Below are positions 47,812 to 55,849 of a stretch of 64,000 nt of DNA, one piece after another. The position numbers and the translations under genes are program-made. Under the pieces are notes generated by a model, which worked only from the letters and a program-made list of their open reading frames with translations, was not told where the DNA came from and did not search any database. This DNA comes from an uncultured virus (IMG/VR IMGVR_UViG_3300037440_000397) (taxonomy: Duplodnaviria > Heunggongvirae > Uroviricota > Caudoviricetes): the IMG/VR virus record IMGVR_UViG_3300037440_000397, positions 1 to 64,000 of that record. The stretch is one strand, 5' to 3'. Every line of letters begins with the position of its first letter. The first letter of the stretch is position 1.

Positions 47812-49588
47812 TGGAACTCCGGTGGGAGACGGTGGTCAGAAACCCGGTCGTATCCAGATGCGGGGACAGCCGGCCGATCGTGAGCTGCCCGAACGCAGAC
47901 AGTCGCGCCTCGTACACGCCGGACGTGCCTGGTCTGGGCAGAGTCGGGAGCTTGACCGCGGCGTGTGTGAACGGGCAGGAGTAGGCGTGTGTTGAGCACA
48001 GTGCGGGGTGGAGGAGTTCGGGCGGCCGACCGGCGGCGAATCTGACGGCGTGTAGGGCTTTTGCTTGTTGGGCCATGCGTTCGTCGCGGGCGCGTGCTGC
48101 TTCGGCGCGCGCGGCTTCGGCGGGTGGTGGTTCGCTGGGTGTGTCGGGCGGTGTCCGGTCTTCTGGCTGATCCGTCTCCGGCTCGGTGGTCTGGCCGGGG
48201 CGCGCGGCGGCGACGGGTTGGATGGTGACTTGTTCGCCGGTGAGTTCGGTGATGGCGGATGGGGCTCCGGTGGGGAGGGTGTGGATGACGATCTTGAGGG
48301 CTTGTTCCTTCAGCTCGTCGTCGCTGGGTTTGTCGGCTTCGGTGAAGCCGGTTTCGCGGCGGAGTGCGTCGCCGTTGATTTCGAGGCGGTCGTAGAGCTG
48401 GATGGCGTCTTGGCTGCGGTCGGGGCGGAGGGTGAGTTCGGACATGTCGTACCAGACGACCCAGCTCGCCCAGTCTTCGACGCGGGAGGCTTGAAGCCGG
48501 GGCTGGAGGTAGCCGGTGGTGAGGGCTTGGGCGATGAGTTCGGCGTCGGGGGCGACGTTGACTTTCAGGTTGGTTTCGTCACTCAGCCAGCCGTTCCAAT
48601 GGTTCAAATCGGACATGCCGAGCAGCACTTCGGGTGGGATGTTGAGCTGCGAGGCGAGGCGTTTGATGGCGCTGTCGCGCTTCTCGATGATCTTGTCGTC
48701 GATGCGCAGCGTGAAGTCGAGGTGCTGGAACTTCCCGATCAGTTCTTCCGGCACCTTGATCGGGATTGGCACGATGGCTGCCGCTGTCCCTGGCGTACGG
48801 ATCGCCTCAGCAGCGAGCTCGATCCACTCGGCCACGAACGGGTCCGGCGCGTCAGCGAACTCTTCTCGCACCGGGAAGGTGGCCTCGGACGGAATGAACC
48901 ACACGCCAGCGCTGGCAAGTCGGCTGAGGTACTGGCTGATGATGTGCCGGTTCACCAACTCCAGCTCGCGCATGGTGGTGCGGGCCGCGCGGGCGGGGCT
49001 GTCGGCAACATGGTGGTAGCGCTTGTTGGGGCGCCATACCCGGATGGGGGCCATGGAGTCGGGGGCGAGGGGGCGCCAGTTGTAGCCGTCGCGGGGGTTG
49101 TTTTCGTCGATGACTTCGTAGTGGCCGCGTGCTGCGCGTACTTCGTCGATGGACCGGACAGCCCACTTCTCGATGCCGCCCACGTTTTCGACGATGACGT
49201 AGCCCTCACCGGGGACTGCGAGTTGGGTGCCGAGGCCGTTCATGATTTGGGCTTGTCCGGCGACGCCTCCGGCGAAGGTGGTCATCAGCTCGACGGCGGT
49301 GCCTGCTTCGGCGCGTACGGGTTCGTCGGCTCCGGGTTCGAGTTTCGCGGCGTAGAAGCGGATGCGGGAGAGCATGTTGGCTTCCCAGTCGGCGGCGTAT
49401 CGGAATTCGCCGAGGTCTGAGTAGTACTGCCAGGCTTCGTTTTGCCAGGTGTCGGGGGTGCGGATGAGTTCGGTGCGGGGGCTGGTGGTGGGGGTGGCGG
49501 CGGCCGTGAGCGCGGCGGGTTCTGGGCGTGGCGGGGGTGTGGGTGTGGGCATGACGCCACGGCGGGTGAAGGCGTGATACCAGGCCAT
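47786..49588 (-). CDS. Portal protein
   Basis: WQNEAW...GEFRY, RVWRP, ADSP.RA, SRLASAG, LG...NHW. Confidence 0.85.
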   Translation of the reverse strand: MAWYHAFTRRGVMPTPTPPPRPEPAALTAAATPTTSPRTELIRTPDTWQNEAWQYYSDLGEFRYAADWEANMLSRIRFYAAKLEPGADEPVRAEAGTAVELMTTFAGGVAGQAQIMNGLGTQLAVPGEGYVIVENVGGIEKWAVRSIDEVRAARGHYEVIDENNPRDGYNWRPLAPDSMAPIRVWRPNKRYHHVADSPARAARTTMRELELVNRHIISQYLSRLASAGVWFIPSEATFPVREEFADAPDPFVAEWIELAAEAIRTPGTAAAIVPIPIKVPEELIGKFQHLDFTLRIDDKIIEKRDSAIKRLASQLNIPPEVLLGMSDLNHWNGWLSDETNLKVNVAPDAELIAQALTTGYLQPRLQASRVEDWASWVVWYDMSELTLRPDRSQDAIQLYDRLEINGDALRRETGFTEADKPSDDELKEQALKIVIHTLPTGAPSAITELTGEQVTIQPVAAARPGQTTEPETDQPEDRTPPDTPSEPPPAEAARAEAARARDERMAQQAKALHAVRFAAGRPPELLHPALCSTHAYSCPFTHAAVKLPTLPRPGTSGVYEARLSAFGQLTIGRLSPHLDTTGFLTTVSHRSSNGFAHGRR

Positions 49589-49670
49589 GTGCTGCTCCCG
49601 CGTTCCCTGGGGGTGGGTCTGCGGGTGACGGTAGGCACTAGCCGGGGAAGATCATTCCGGGGTGAATGCG

Positions 49671-49769
49671 GAATTGAATTAAGCGGACCGGTAAAACTAA
49701 TTGCCCTTTACTGGTTCGGGTTAATTAATTGCTGCGGCTTGCGCTTCAGGTCCCTGCATCTCTTACACT
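49671..49769 (+). promoter_or_regulatory. AT-rich divergent region with a likely sigma70 promoter for the RAMP operon
   Basis: TTGCGC (49739) and TACACT (49764), 19-bp spacer. Confidence 0.5.
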
Positions 49770-49828
49770 CACGTCACGGTTCGTGGCGCGGATGGCAGCA
49801 GGCACCCACAATTCACCTGGAGACACCC

Positions 49829-50464
49829 ATGGCTGACGCCACGATTGAGATCCACCAGATCGCCGCCGAGACCCTGCTCGTCCCCCTCGTCGGGACCACG
49901 CCGCTGATCGTTCACCGCTTCAGCGAGAAGGCGAAGCGGCAGATGCTCGACAACATGCAGGGCCGCAAGTCCCCGAAGCAGGCGAAGGACCCGCAGGCGG
50001 AGTACGAGGCCGCGTTCTACCGGCTCGGGGACGGCGGCTACGGCTTCCCCTCGCTGGCCTTCAAGGCGGCCACGGTCGGCGGTGCGCGGTTCTACTCGGG
50101 CGTGACGATGACGGCGCTCAAGCAGTTCATGTACCTGCGTGGCGAGGTCGGTGACGACGGGCGTGCGCTGACCCGTATCGAGGGCGAGCCCATCATGCGG
50201 GAGGACGTCGTCACGGTCGGTCGGAACGGCTCGGACCTGCGGTACCGGCCGCAGTTCTCGGAGTGGCGCGCCACGCTGGAAGTCACCTACGTGACGTCCG
50301 CGTTGACGCGTAACTCGGTGCTTTCCCTGATCGATGCCGGGGGTATGGGCGTCGGAGTCGGCGAGTGGCGCCCGGAGAAGGACGGCGACTTCGGTACGTA
50401 CCGTGTGGATCCGGCTCGTGAGATCGAGGTCGTGACGAGTGCGGGAGAGAAGGTGGCGGCATGA
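49829..50464 (+). CDS. Stand-alone Cas7/RAMP-like protein, 211 aa (Vipr-like)
   Basis: N-terminal strand LVGTTPLIVH, GFPSLAFKAA (RAMP PxxxxKG-like), C-terminal G-rich loop GGMGVGVGEWRPEKDGDFGTY; no other cas genes. Confidence 0.75.
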   Translation: MADATIEIHQIAAETLLVPLVGTTPLIVHRFSEKAKRQMLDNMQGRKSPKQAKDPQAEYEAAFYRLGDGGYGFPSLAFKAATVGGARFYSGVTMTALKQFMYLRGEVGDDGRALTRIEGEPIMREDVVTVGRNGSDLRYRPQFSEWRATLEVTYVTSALTRNSVLSLIDAGGMGVGVGEWRPEKDGDFGTYRVDPAREIEVVTSAGEKVAA

Positions 50465-50886
50465 CAGCGGATCTTCGAGGCCAGTTGCAGGCTGTCTATG
50501 ACCAACACTCGGAGCTGACGCCGGATCTGGTGGTGGACGTGGCGCGCGATCCGGAGCACCCGTTGCACTCGCGGTTCGAGTGGGATGACTCGGTGGCGGG
50601 TGAGGCGTGGCGGCGTCAGCAGGCGCACGACTTGATCCGCAAGGTGAAGGTCGTCTACCGCGAGGCGGATGAGTCGGGTCCGGAGAAGTCCGTCCGCGCT
50701 TTTCATGCCGTGCGGTCCGATAAGGGCCATGTCTATGAGCCGGTGGAGAAGGTCGTCGCTGATGACTTCACTCGTCGGCTTCTGCTGAACGACATGGAGC
50801 GGGAGTGGAAGGCATTGCATCAGCGGTATCAGGAGTTCGAGGAGTTCTTGTCGATGGTGCGGCGGGACGTCAGCGACGCGGCCTGA
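50461..50886 (+). CDS. Accessory protein coupled to the RAMP gene
   Basis: ATGA overlap; LTPDLVV..AR...HPLH..FEWDD motif; array starts 4 nt after the stop. Confidence 0.8.
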   Translation: MTADLRGQLQAVYDQHSELTPDLVVDVARDPEHPLHSRFEWDDSVAGEAWRRQQAHDLIRKVKVVYREADESGPEKSVRAFHAVRSDKGHVYEPVEKVVADDFTRRLLLNDMEREWKALHQRYQEFEEFLSMVRRDVSDAA

Positions 50887-50889
50887 TTC

Positions 50890-51834
50890 GGCAGGCTTGG
50901 CAGGTCTTGGCTGGTCACGTCCCAGTCCGGCATCGCGCGGCTAGGTTCGGCAGGCGAGTCATGGCGTGGCTTGGTGGAGCAACGCGGGTTAAGGCGCGGC
51001 GCGGCATGGCAGGCGGGGTCTGGTTGGGCCCGTCCTGGTGAGGCGAGTCGAGGCGCGGCAGGCTTGGCCCGGCACGGTCCGGCGGGGAAGGCATCGCTAG
51101 GCAGGGCCGGGCTTGGCAGGCTCGGCATGGCTAGTAGTGGCCCGTTCGGTCTTGGTAGGGCTCGGCGTGGATCGGCACGGCAGGCTCGGTGCGGCGGGGC
51201 TTGTCTCGGCGGAGTCTGGCATCGCTTGGTGAGGCAGGGCTCGGCAGGCTCGGCGCGGCTGGTCCTGGCCGGGCTTGGGTCGGCAAGACTTGTCTCGGCT
51301 TGGCAGGGCAGGCGTGGTCCGGCACGTCGTGGCACGTCGGAGTGCGGTGCGTTTGGGTAGGGCTCGGCAGGCTCGGCGGGGTCAGGCAGTGCTGGTTGTG
51401 GCTAGTCACGGCTTGGCAACGCGTGGAATGGCAGGCTCGGCAGCGCAGGGCGCGGCACGGCAGAGCGAGGCGCCACGTGGCATGGCACGGCAGGCCAGGC
51501 ATCGCAGGGCACGGTCGGGCAGGGCCGATCGCGGCATGGTTGGGCTCGGCAGTCATGGTGTGGATAGGCGAGGCATCGCCAGGCACGGCACGGCAGGCGC
51601 GGCAGGCGCGGCCAGGTCGGGCGCGGCATGGTCGGCAGGGCAGGCGGGGCATCGCGGGGTCCGGCGTGGCTTAGCAGGGCCCGGCCAGGCGTGGTCAGGC
51701 GTGGCAGGCACGGCACGGCAACGCAAGGCGTGGCTCGTCCTGGCCCGGCGGGGCAACGCAGGGCAGGCGTGGCTGGTTCTGGTGCGGCGTGTCTGGGCGC
51801 AGTGCGGCGGGGCGCGGACTGGCATGGCAGGCGA
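50890..51834 (+). repeat. Non-coding GGCA-(GGY-NN)n array, 17 units, candidate guide-RNA array
   Basis: GGCA delimiters at 50890, 50949, 51008, 51057, 51115, 51179, 51243, 51307, 51366, 51430, 51489, 51548, 51592, 51601, 51639, 51703, 51762, 51826; mostly 11-12 pentamers per unit. Confidence 0.92.
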
Positions 51835-51843
51835 GAGAACACC

Positions 51844-51881
51844 GAGGGCCGTTCGCGTGACGCACACCGCGAACGGCCCTC
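51844..51881. terminator. 14-bp perfect hairpin closing the array
   Basis: GAGGGCCGTTCGCG / CGCGAACGGCCCTC. Confidence 0.8.
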
Positions 51882-51919
51882 AACCTCACCCATCCCTGCA
51901 AGCCAGATGCTACGGGCTG

Positions 51920-52387
51920 CTACGCCCACTCCTGTCCGGCGAGCAACGCGCCCACGGCCCACGTCGCCAACCACACCAGCACCGGCATCGCCAAACCCGC
52001 CACCGCCCACACCCCGCCCGTCACCACAAGCGCGATCCAACCGCTCGCACACCAAGGACACGACAGCAACTCGGCCAACCAGAACGGCGACCACCTGCGC
52101 CGGTGCACGTAACGCTCCAGCACGCCGTCGTTTTCCTGTACGGAACCGAGGGCCGCGTACGCACGCCGCACCCCCAAGGGCATCTCCTGCTCACCCTCAG
52201 GACGACCCAACGGCGACCAACCCTCGTAGGCGTAGTACGCCCCACGCTCAGGCTCCGTCAGCGCCCGCCAGCCACCCGTCAGCCGGTCACGCAGCCACAG
52301 CACCGGCGGAAACGTATCCGCCACCAGCAACCGCGTAAGCCGGTACACCGCGAGCGACATCACGAGCAGCAGCAGCCAAGTCTCCAT
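51920..52387 (-). CDS. DUF1360-like membrane protein
   Basis: YRLTRLLVAD...LLSCPWCASGW. Confidence 0.8.
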   Translation of the reverse strand: METWLLLLVMSLAVYRLTRLLVADTFPPVLWLRDRLTGGWRALTEPERGAYYAYEGWSPLGRPEGEQEMPLGVRRAYAALGSVQENDGVLERYVHRRRWSPFWLAELLSCPWCASGWIALVVTGGVWAVAGLAMPVLVWLATWAVGALLAGQEWA

Positions 52388-52644
52388 CACAGAGCCGCAG
52401 GAGTCGTCTCACCCTGGAGCGACTTATACACCGACACCGTGTACGAGGTACCGCTGTTGTACGAGGACTTGAACGACACGAGCGCGCTATCCAGGTACGT
52501 CAGCAGCTCCTCCATCTCCGCCTCGTTCTCGCCGTTGATGATGGCGCCCTCGATGGAAAGCTTCGCTCCTCCCGTACTGCTGATCAGGTAGTGGACGGTC
52601 AGCGGGTTGTAACCGCTAGTCGGAAACGCCACGAGAACTCCCAT
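52387..52644 (-). CDS. Hypothetical protein
   Basis: TGATG coupling to the next gene. Confidence 0.55.
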   Translation of the reverse strand: MGVLVAFPTSGYNPLTVHYLISSTGGAKLSIEGAIINGENEAEMEELLTYLDSALVSFKSSYNSGTSYTVSVYKSLQGETTPAAL

Positions 52645-53293
52645 TGATCCAGAACTGCTTTTGATGATTCGTCGGCACCCTCGTGTCCACATGCACAGGA
52701 ACCCCCGCGCCCATCAGGCGCCAGCAGAACGACAGGTCCTCACCCACCAGCGTCCCCGTACCGTCGACGATCGGATCAAACCACGCCCCGGCATCGACGC
52801 GTTCCAGCGCCGAACGGTGCACCAGCAGACACGCCGCCCCCGTACCCGCCACACGCACCAGCCCCGAAGGAACTGGCCTCTCCCACTCCGTGAACACCTT
52901 CGCGTCATCCACCCACCCGTGCAGCGTCGGAAACACCCGCGTCGTCAAGCCGCCCATGCCGTCCGGCTCTTCCTCCACCACCCCGTAGCAGAGGGCGCCT
53001 ACCACCGGCCGCTCCACGGGGTCAGCCGACGCGAGCAGACACGACAGAGCATCCGGCCGGAACCCCATGTCCGTGTCCACAAACCACAGCCACTCCCCGC
53101 CCCCAGCGAGGAACTCAGCCACGGCCTGGTTACGGACATGGGCAATCCCGATGGGCCGGTACCGCACCGGCATGACCCCGGAGATGACAGGCTCTTCAGC
53201 CCGCCGGTCGTGGCTCATGGCGAGGAGCAGCGACTGCATGAACGTGTGGGAGACCCAACCGGGATGGACGTAGCTGACGACGACTCCGCTCAT
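52616..53293 (-). CDS. GT-A fold glycosyltransferase
   Basis: RN..V..FL, FVDTD, GAACLL, GEDLSFC. Confidence 0.8.
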   Translation of the reverse strand: MSGVVVSYVHPGWVSHTFMQSLLLAMSHDRRAEEPVISGVMPVRYRPIGIAHVRNQAVAEFLAGGGEWLWFVDTDMGFRPDALSCLLASADPVERPVVGALCYGVVEEEPDGMGGLTTRVFPTLHGWVDDAKVFTEWERPVPSGLVRVAGTGAACLLVHRSALERVDAGAWFDPIVDGTGTLVGEDLSFCWRLMGAGVPVHVDTRVPTNHQKQFWINGSSRGVSD

Positions 53294-53298
53294 GCTGG

Positions 53299-55698
53299 TC
53301 ACCGTACGCGCCCGCCAACAATCTGCTTTCTGGCCAGATCGCCACCCAACGAACCCTGACCACGCGACGCCGTCCCCACCAACTTCAGATGCCACGCGGT
53401 CCACACGCAGTTGTGCACGAGGATTCCGTTCGCATAGAACTCGTGCTCACCCTCGATCGTCAGGTCGTACACGGGCTGCCTTGTTTCGAGCGCGGAGATG
53501 CGCTCCACACGAGTTCGAGCACGTCGCCGGAACCGGCTGATACTTGCTCTGCATGAACTCCCCTCCGCAGATCGGGCAGTTCGCCGGCTTGCGATACCGG
53601 TCAGCGCGGTCAGCAACACGACGCATGCACGCAGGAGAGCAGTACCGCGACTCCTTGAAGCCGCGCGTCTCGTAAGGCCTGTCACATGCTTGGCAGACCT
53701 CCGTGCGGTACTCCTGCTTGGCGTAGACATCCTTGCCGTGCTGTCGATGCCACTCGCGTCCCTCATCGCTGCTGTGCCACTCGGCAGCCATGGGGCGAAT
53801 GCTCGCCAGGTGCTCCAGCCATTCCGGGCTATCGAGGTCCCGTTCGTGTTCGTGGAGCAGGGCGTGCTCCTTGCGGGTGACGCACCGGAGGTTGCTGGAC
53901 TCGTTGTTGAGCGGGTTGAAGTCCACGTGGTGGATGACATGGCCGCGAGGAACTTCGTCAGCGCCGTTCGCAGCCTTCCAGACCTCGACGTGGAGCTGAC
54001 CCATCCTGGGTATGCGCCGGCTGTTCGCGTAGGCAGTGAAGTAGACCCTCGACGAGCGACTCTTCGACAGAGGGAAACGAGTGAACGTGATGCCGTTGAA
54101 AACGACCGACTCAGTCTGTTTGGGCATACGTCAATTCTATCGCCCCAGACCATCTCATCCACTCGAATGAACCCATTTTGTTCGGTCCATACCTTGTGAT
54201 CTGGAGTGGCCGTGAACGCCCCGGCCGTCGTCACGACACGCATCACCTCAGCGCTCGGACGCGTCATGCCAGACCACGTCACACGGCGCCACCCGGCCCG
54301 CGTCCACGCCAAGTCGTCCGTCGTCACCTCCTCAATCGGGATCTGCCCGCGACGGGTAGTGACCAGAGTCCCGGCAACAAGGCACGCGTCCAATCGGTCC
54401 GGTGACCAGCCCGCTTCCGGGTACCAGGTCGCCATCTGGTCCTCCAGCTTCGGGAACTCGCCGGCGTGGTGCCACCTGTTCTGTGCAGTGAGCGCCGCCA
54501 CGGGCTCCGCTCGCACCGCCTTGCCCCTGGTCGCGGTGACCGTGCGGATCGGAATGTCCACGCCGAGCGCGTCGGCCGCCGTGCGCAGCGTCGCGACGGC
54601 CATGTCCCCTCCAAAATTTCGCTCTACGACCAAGTCGTCTGCTTCCCAGTCGATCGCGGCCTGCACCGCGCGCCGGCCCCATCCGTCGGGCGACAACTGG
54701 CAGGACCGGTCGTCGAGGACGTAGCCGTGATGCTGCGGCCGGCCGCCATCCCCAGGAAGTACGAGGCCGGACTTCCCGACCACGACGATGCCCTGCTCCC
54801 CGGCGCCGCCGGACGGGTCGACGCCGACGGTGATTCGTACGAGGTCGGGTACGTCGCCGGGCCGTACGCGCGCTTCGTCGATCATCGTGTGTTGCCAGAG
54901 CGCGTTCTCGTCTTCTTCGATCAGCTCGCCGTACAGTTCCTGACGGCCGAGCTGCGTGCCCGCATACCGTTCCTCGAGGGAGGCTTTGATGTCCTCGGAG
55001 ATGTGCGGGTTGTCGCGGTAACTGGCGTGCGTCAGCATGACGTTCGCGACCGCTCCGGAGTGCAACTGCTTGATGAGCGGCTTCGGCTTCGGCGTGGTCG
55101 AGGCGACCCAGTGCGGGCGCGGGCCGACACGGAGGCCGAACCGCATGTGGTCCCAGGCGTCGTCGAGGTGCCGCCACGCCGCCAACTCCTCCAGCCACGC
55201 GAGGCATCGGTTACCGCCGGACCGTAGGCGGTCGACGTCGTTGGGTCCTTCCGTGCCGAAGATCTTCGCCTCGGATCCGTTGGGCCAGCGGACGATGGTG
55301 CTGCCCTTGACGGTGGCGAGCTTCGCTTCTGGGCTGTGGACGCTCAGCCCGGATGGCCCGGAGAAGCAGGAGGTGACGGCGTCGCCTTGGGTGGGGCCGA
55401 TGATGGCGATCCAGTGCGGGATCGGGCCGGGTAGGCAGGGCGGTCCGTGGACGTGCTGGTGGACGTACGCGGCACACGCGTCCGTCTTGCCCGCCATCCT
55501 GCCGGCGAGCAACAGCCACCCGTAGAAGTCGCCGGGCGGCGGCACCTGGTGGGGAAGCGGAGTCCACCTGGGTTTCGTCAGCGCGTCGTAGAGGCTGCCC
55601 ACGTCCGCAGCCGATCGGATAGCGGCCTCCGCGAATTCGGCGCGCGTGTTCCCCCGCTCCTGCTGGAGTGGGAAGAAGCTTTCCCAGTCGACGCCCAT
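53299..55698 (-). CDS. terL: Terminase large subunit with intein
   Basis: AGRMAGKT, WLEE, VGVDP, SPDRLDA interrupted by an intein. Confidence 0.9.
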   Translation of the reverse strand: MGVDWESFFPLQQERGNTRAEFAEAAIRSAADVGSLYDALTKPRWTPLPHQVPPPGDFYGWLLLAGRMAGKTDACAAYVHQHVHGPPCLPGPIPHWIAIIGPTQGDAVTSCFSGPSGLSVHSPEAKLATVKGSTIVRWPNGSEAKIFGTEGPNDVDRLRSGGNRCLAWLEELAAWRHLDDAWDHMRFGLRVGPRPHWVASTTPKPKPLIKQLHSGAVANVMLTHASYRDNPHISEDIKASLEERYAGTQLGRQELYGELIEEDENALWQHTMIDEARVRPGDVPDLVRITVGVDPSGGAGEQGIVVVGKSGLVLPGDGGRPQHHGYVLDDRSCQLSPDGWGRRAVQAAIDWEADDLVVERNFGGDMAVATLRTAADALGVDIPIRTVTATRGKAVRAEPVAALTAQNRWHHAGEFPKLEDQMATWYPEAGWSPDRLDACLVAGTLVTTRRGQIPIEEVTTDDLAWTRAGWRRVTWSGMTRPSAEVMRVVTTAGAFTATPDHKVWTEQNGFIRVDEMVWGDRIDVCPNRLSRSFSTASRSLVSLCRRVARRGSTSLPTRTAGAYPGWVSSTSRSGRLRTALTKFLAAMSSTTWTSTRSTTSPATSGASPARSTPCSTNTNGTSIARNGWSTWRAFAPWLPSGTAAMRDASGIDSTARMSTPSRSTARRSAKHVTGLTRRAASRSRGTALLRACVVLLTALTGIASRRTARSAEGSSCRASISRFRRRARTRVERISALETRQPVYDLTIEGEHEFYANGILVHNCVWTAWHLKLVGTASRGQGSLGGDLARKQIVGGRVR
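53410..54384 (-). mobile_element. Intein, 325 aa
   Basis: CLVAGTLV...TPDH...VYDLTIEGEHEFYANGILVHN, +1 residue Cys. Confidence 0.92.
53447..54127 (-). CDS. HNH endonuclease in an alternative frame within the intein
   Basis: LHVEVW...IHHVDFNPLNNESSNL...EHALLH plus two zinc fingers. Confidence 0.85.
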   Translation of the reverse strand: MPKQTESVVFNGITFTRFPLSKSRSSRVYFTAYANSRRIPRMGQLHVEVWKAANGADEVPRGHVIHHVDFNPLNNESSNLRCVTRKEHALLHEHERDLDSPEWLEHLASIRPMAAEWHSSDEGREWHRQHGKDVYAKQEYRTEVCQACDRPYETRGFKESRYCSPACMRRVADRADRYRKPANCPICGGEFMQSKYQPVPATCSNSCGAHLRARNKAARVRPDDRG

Positions 55699-55849
55699 GG
55701 TCGGATTGTGGCTGCTGTTCGAGGGTGTGCTGTCCGGAGCGGGGGTTGGTTGTTGTCTCGTACGCTGGCCGTGCGCCAGGGCCTCATGTCCCTCATTGAC
55801 CCGTGGGCGCCCCCGGGAAGAAGCGCAAAGGGGCGCCACTCAGCGGCGG

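Noticed and set aside
30444..49420. Long plus-strand ORFs (e.g. 30444-32051, 41979-43931, 48065-49420)
   Set aside because: Antisense shadows of real minus-strand genes in high-GC DNA
50890..51834. Canonical CRISPR array or simple microsatellite
   Set aside because: No identical 23-47 bp repeats with contiguous spacers, no cas1/cas2, and the units are not copies of each other
50805..51901. Arg/Gly/Ala- or Pro/Cys-rich ORFs on both strands over the array
   Set aside because: By-products of stop-poor GGY-NN repeats; the 5-nt period is incompatible with codon structure
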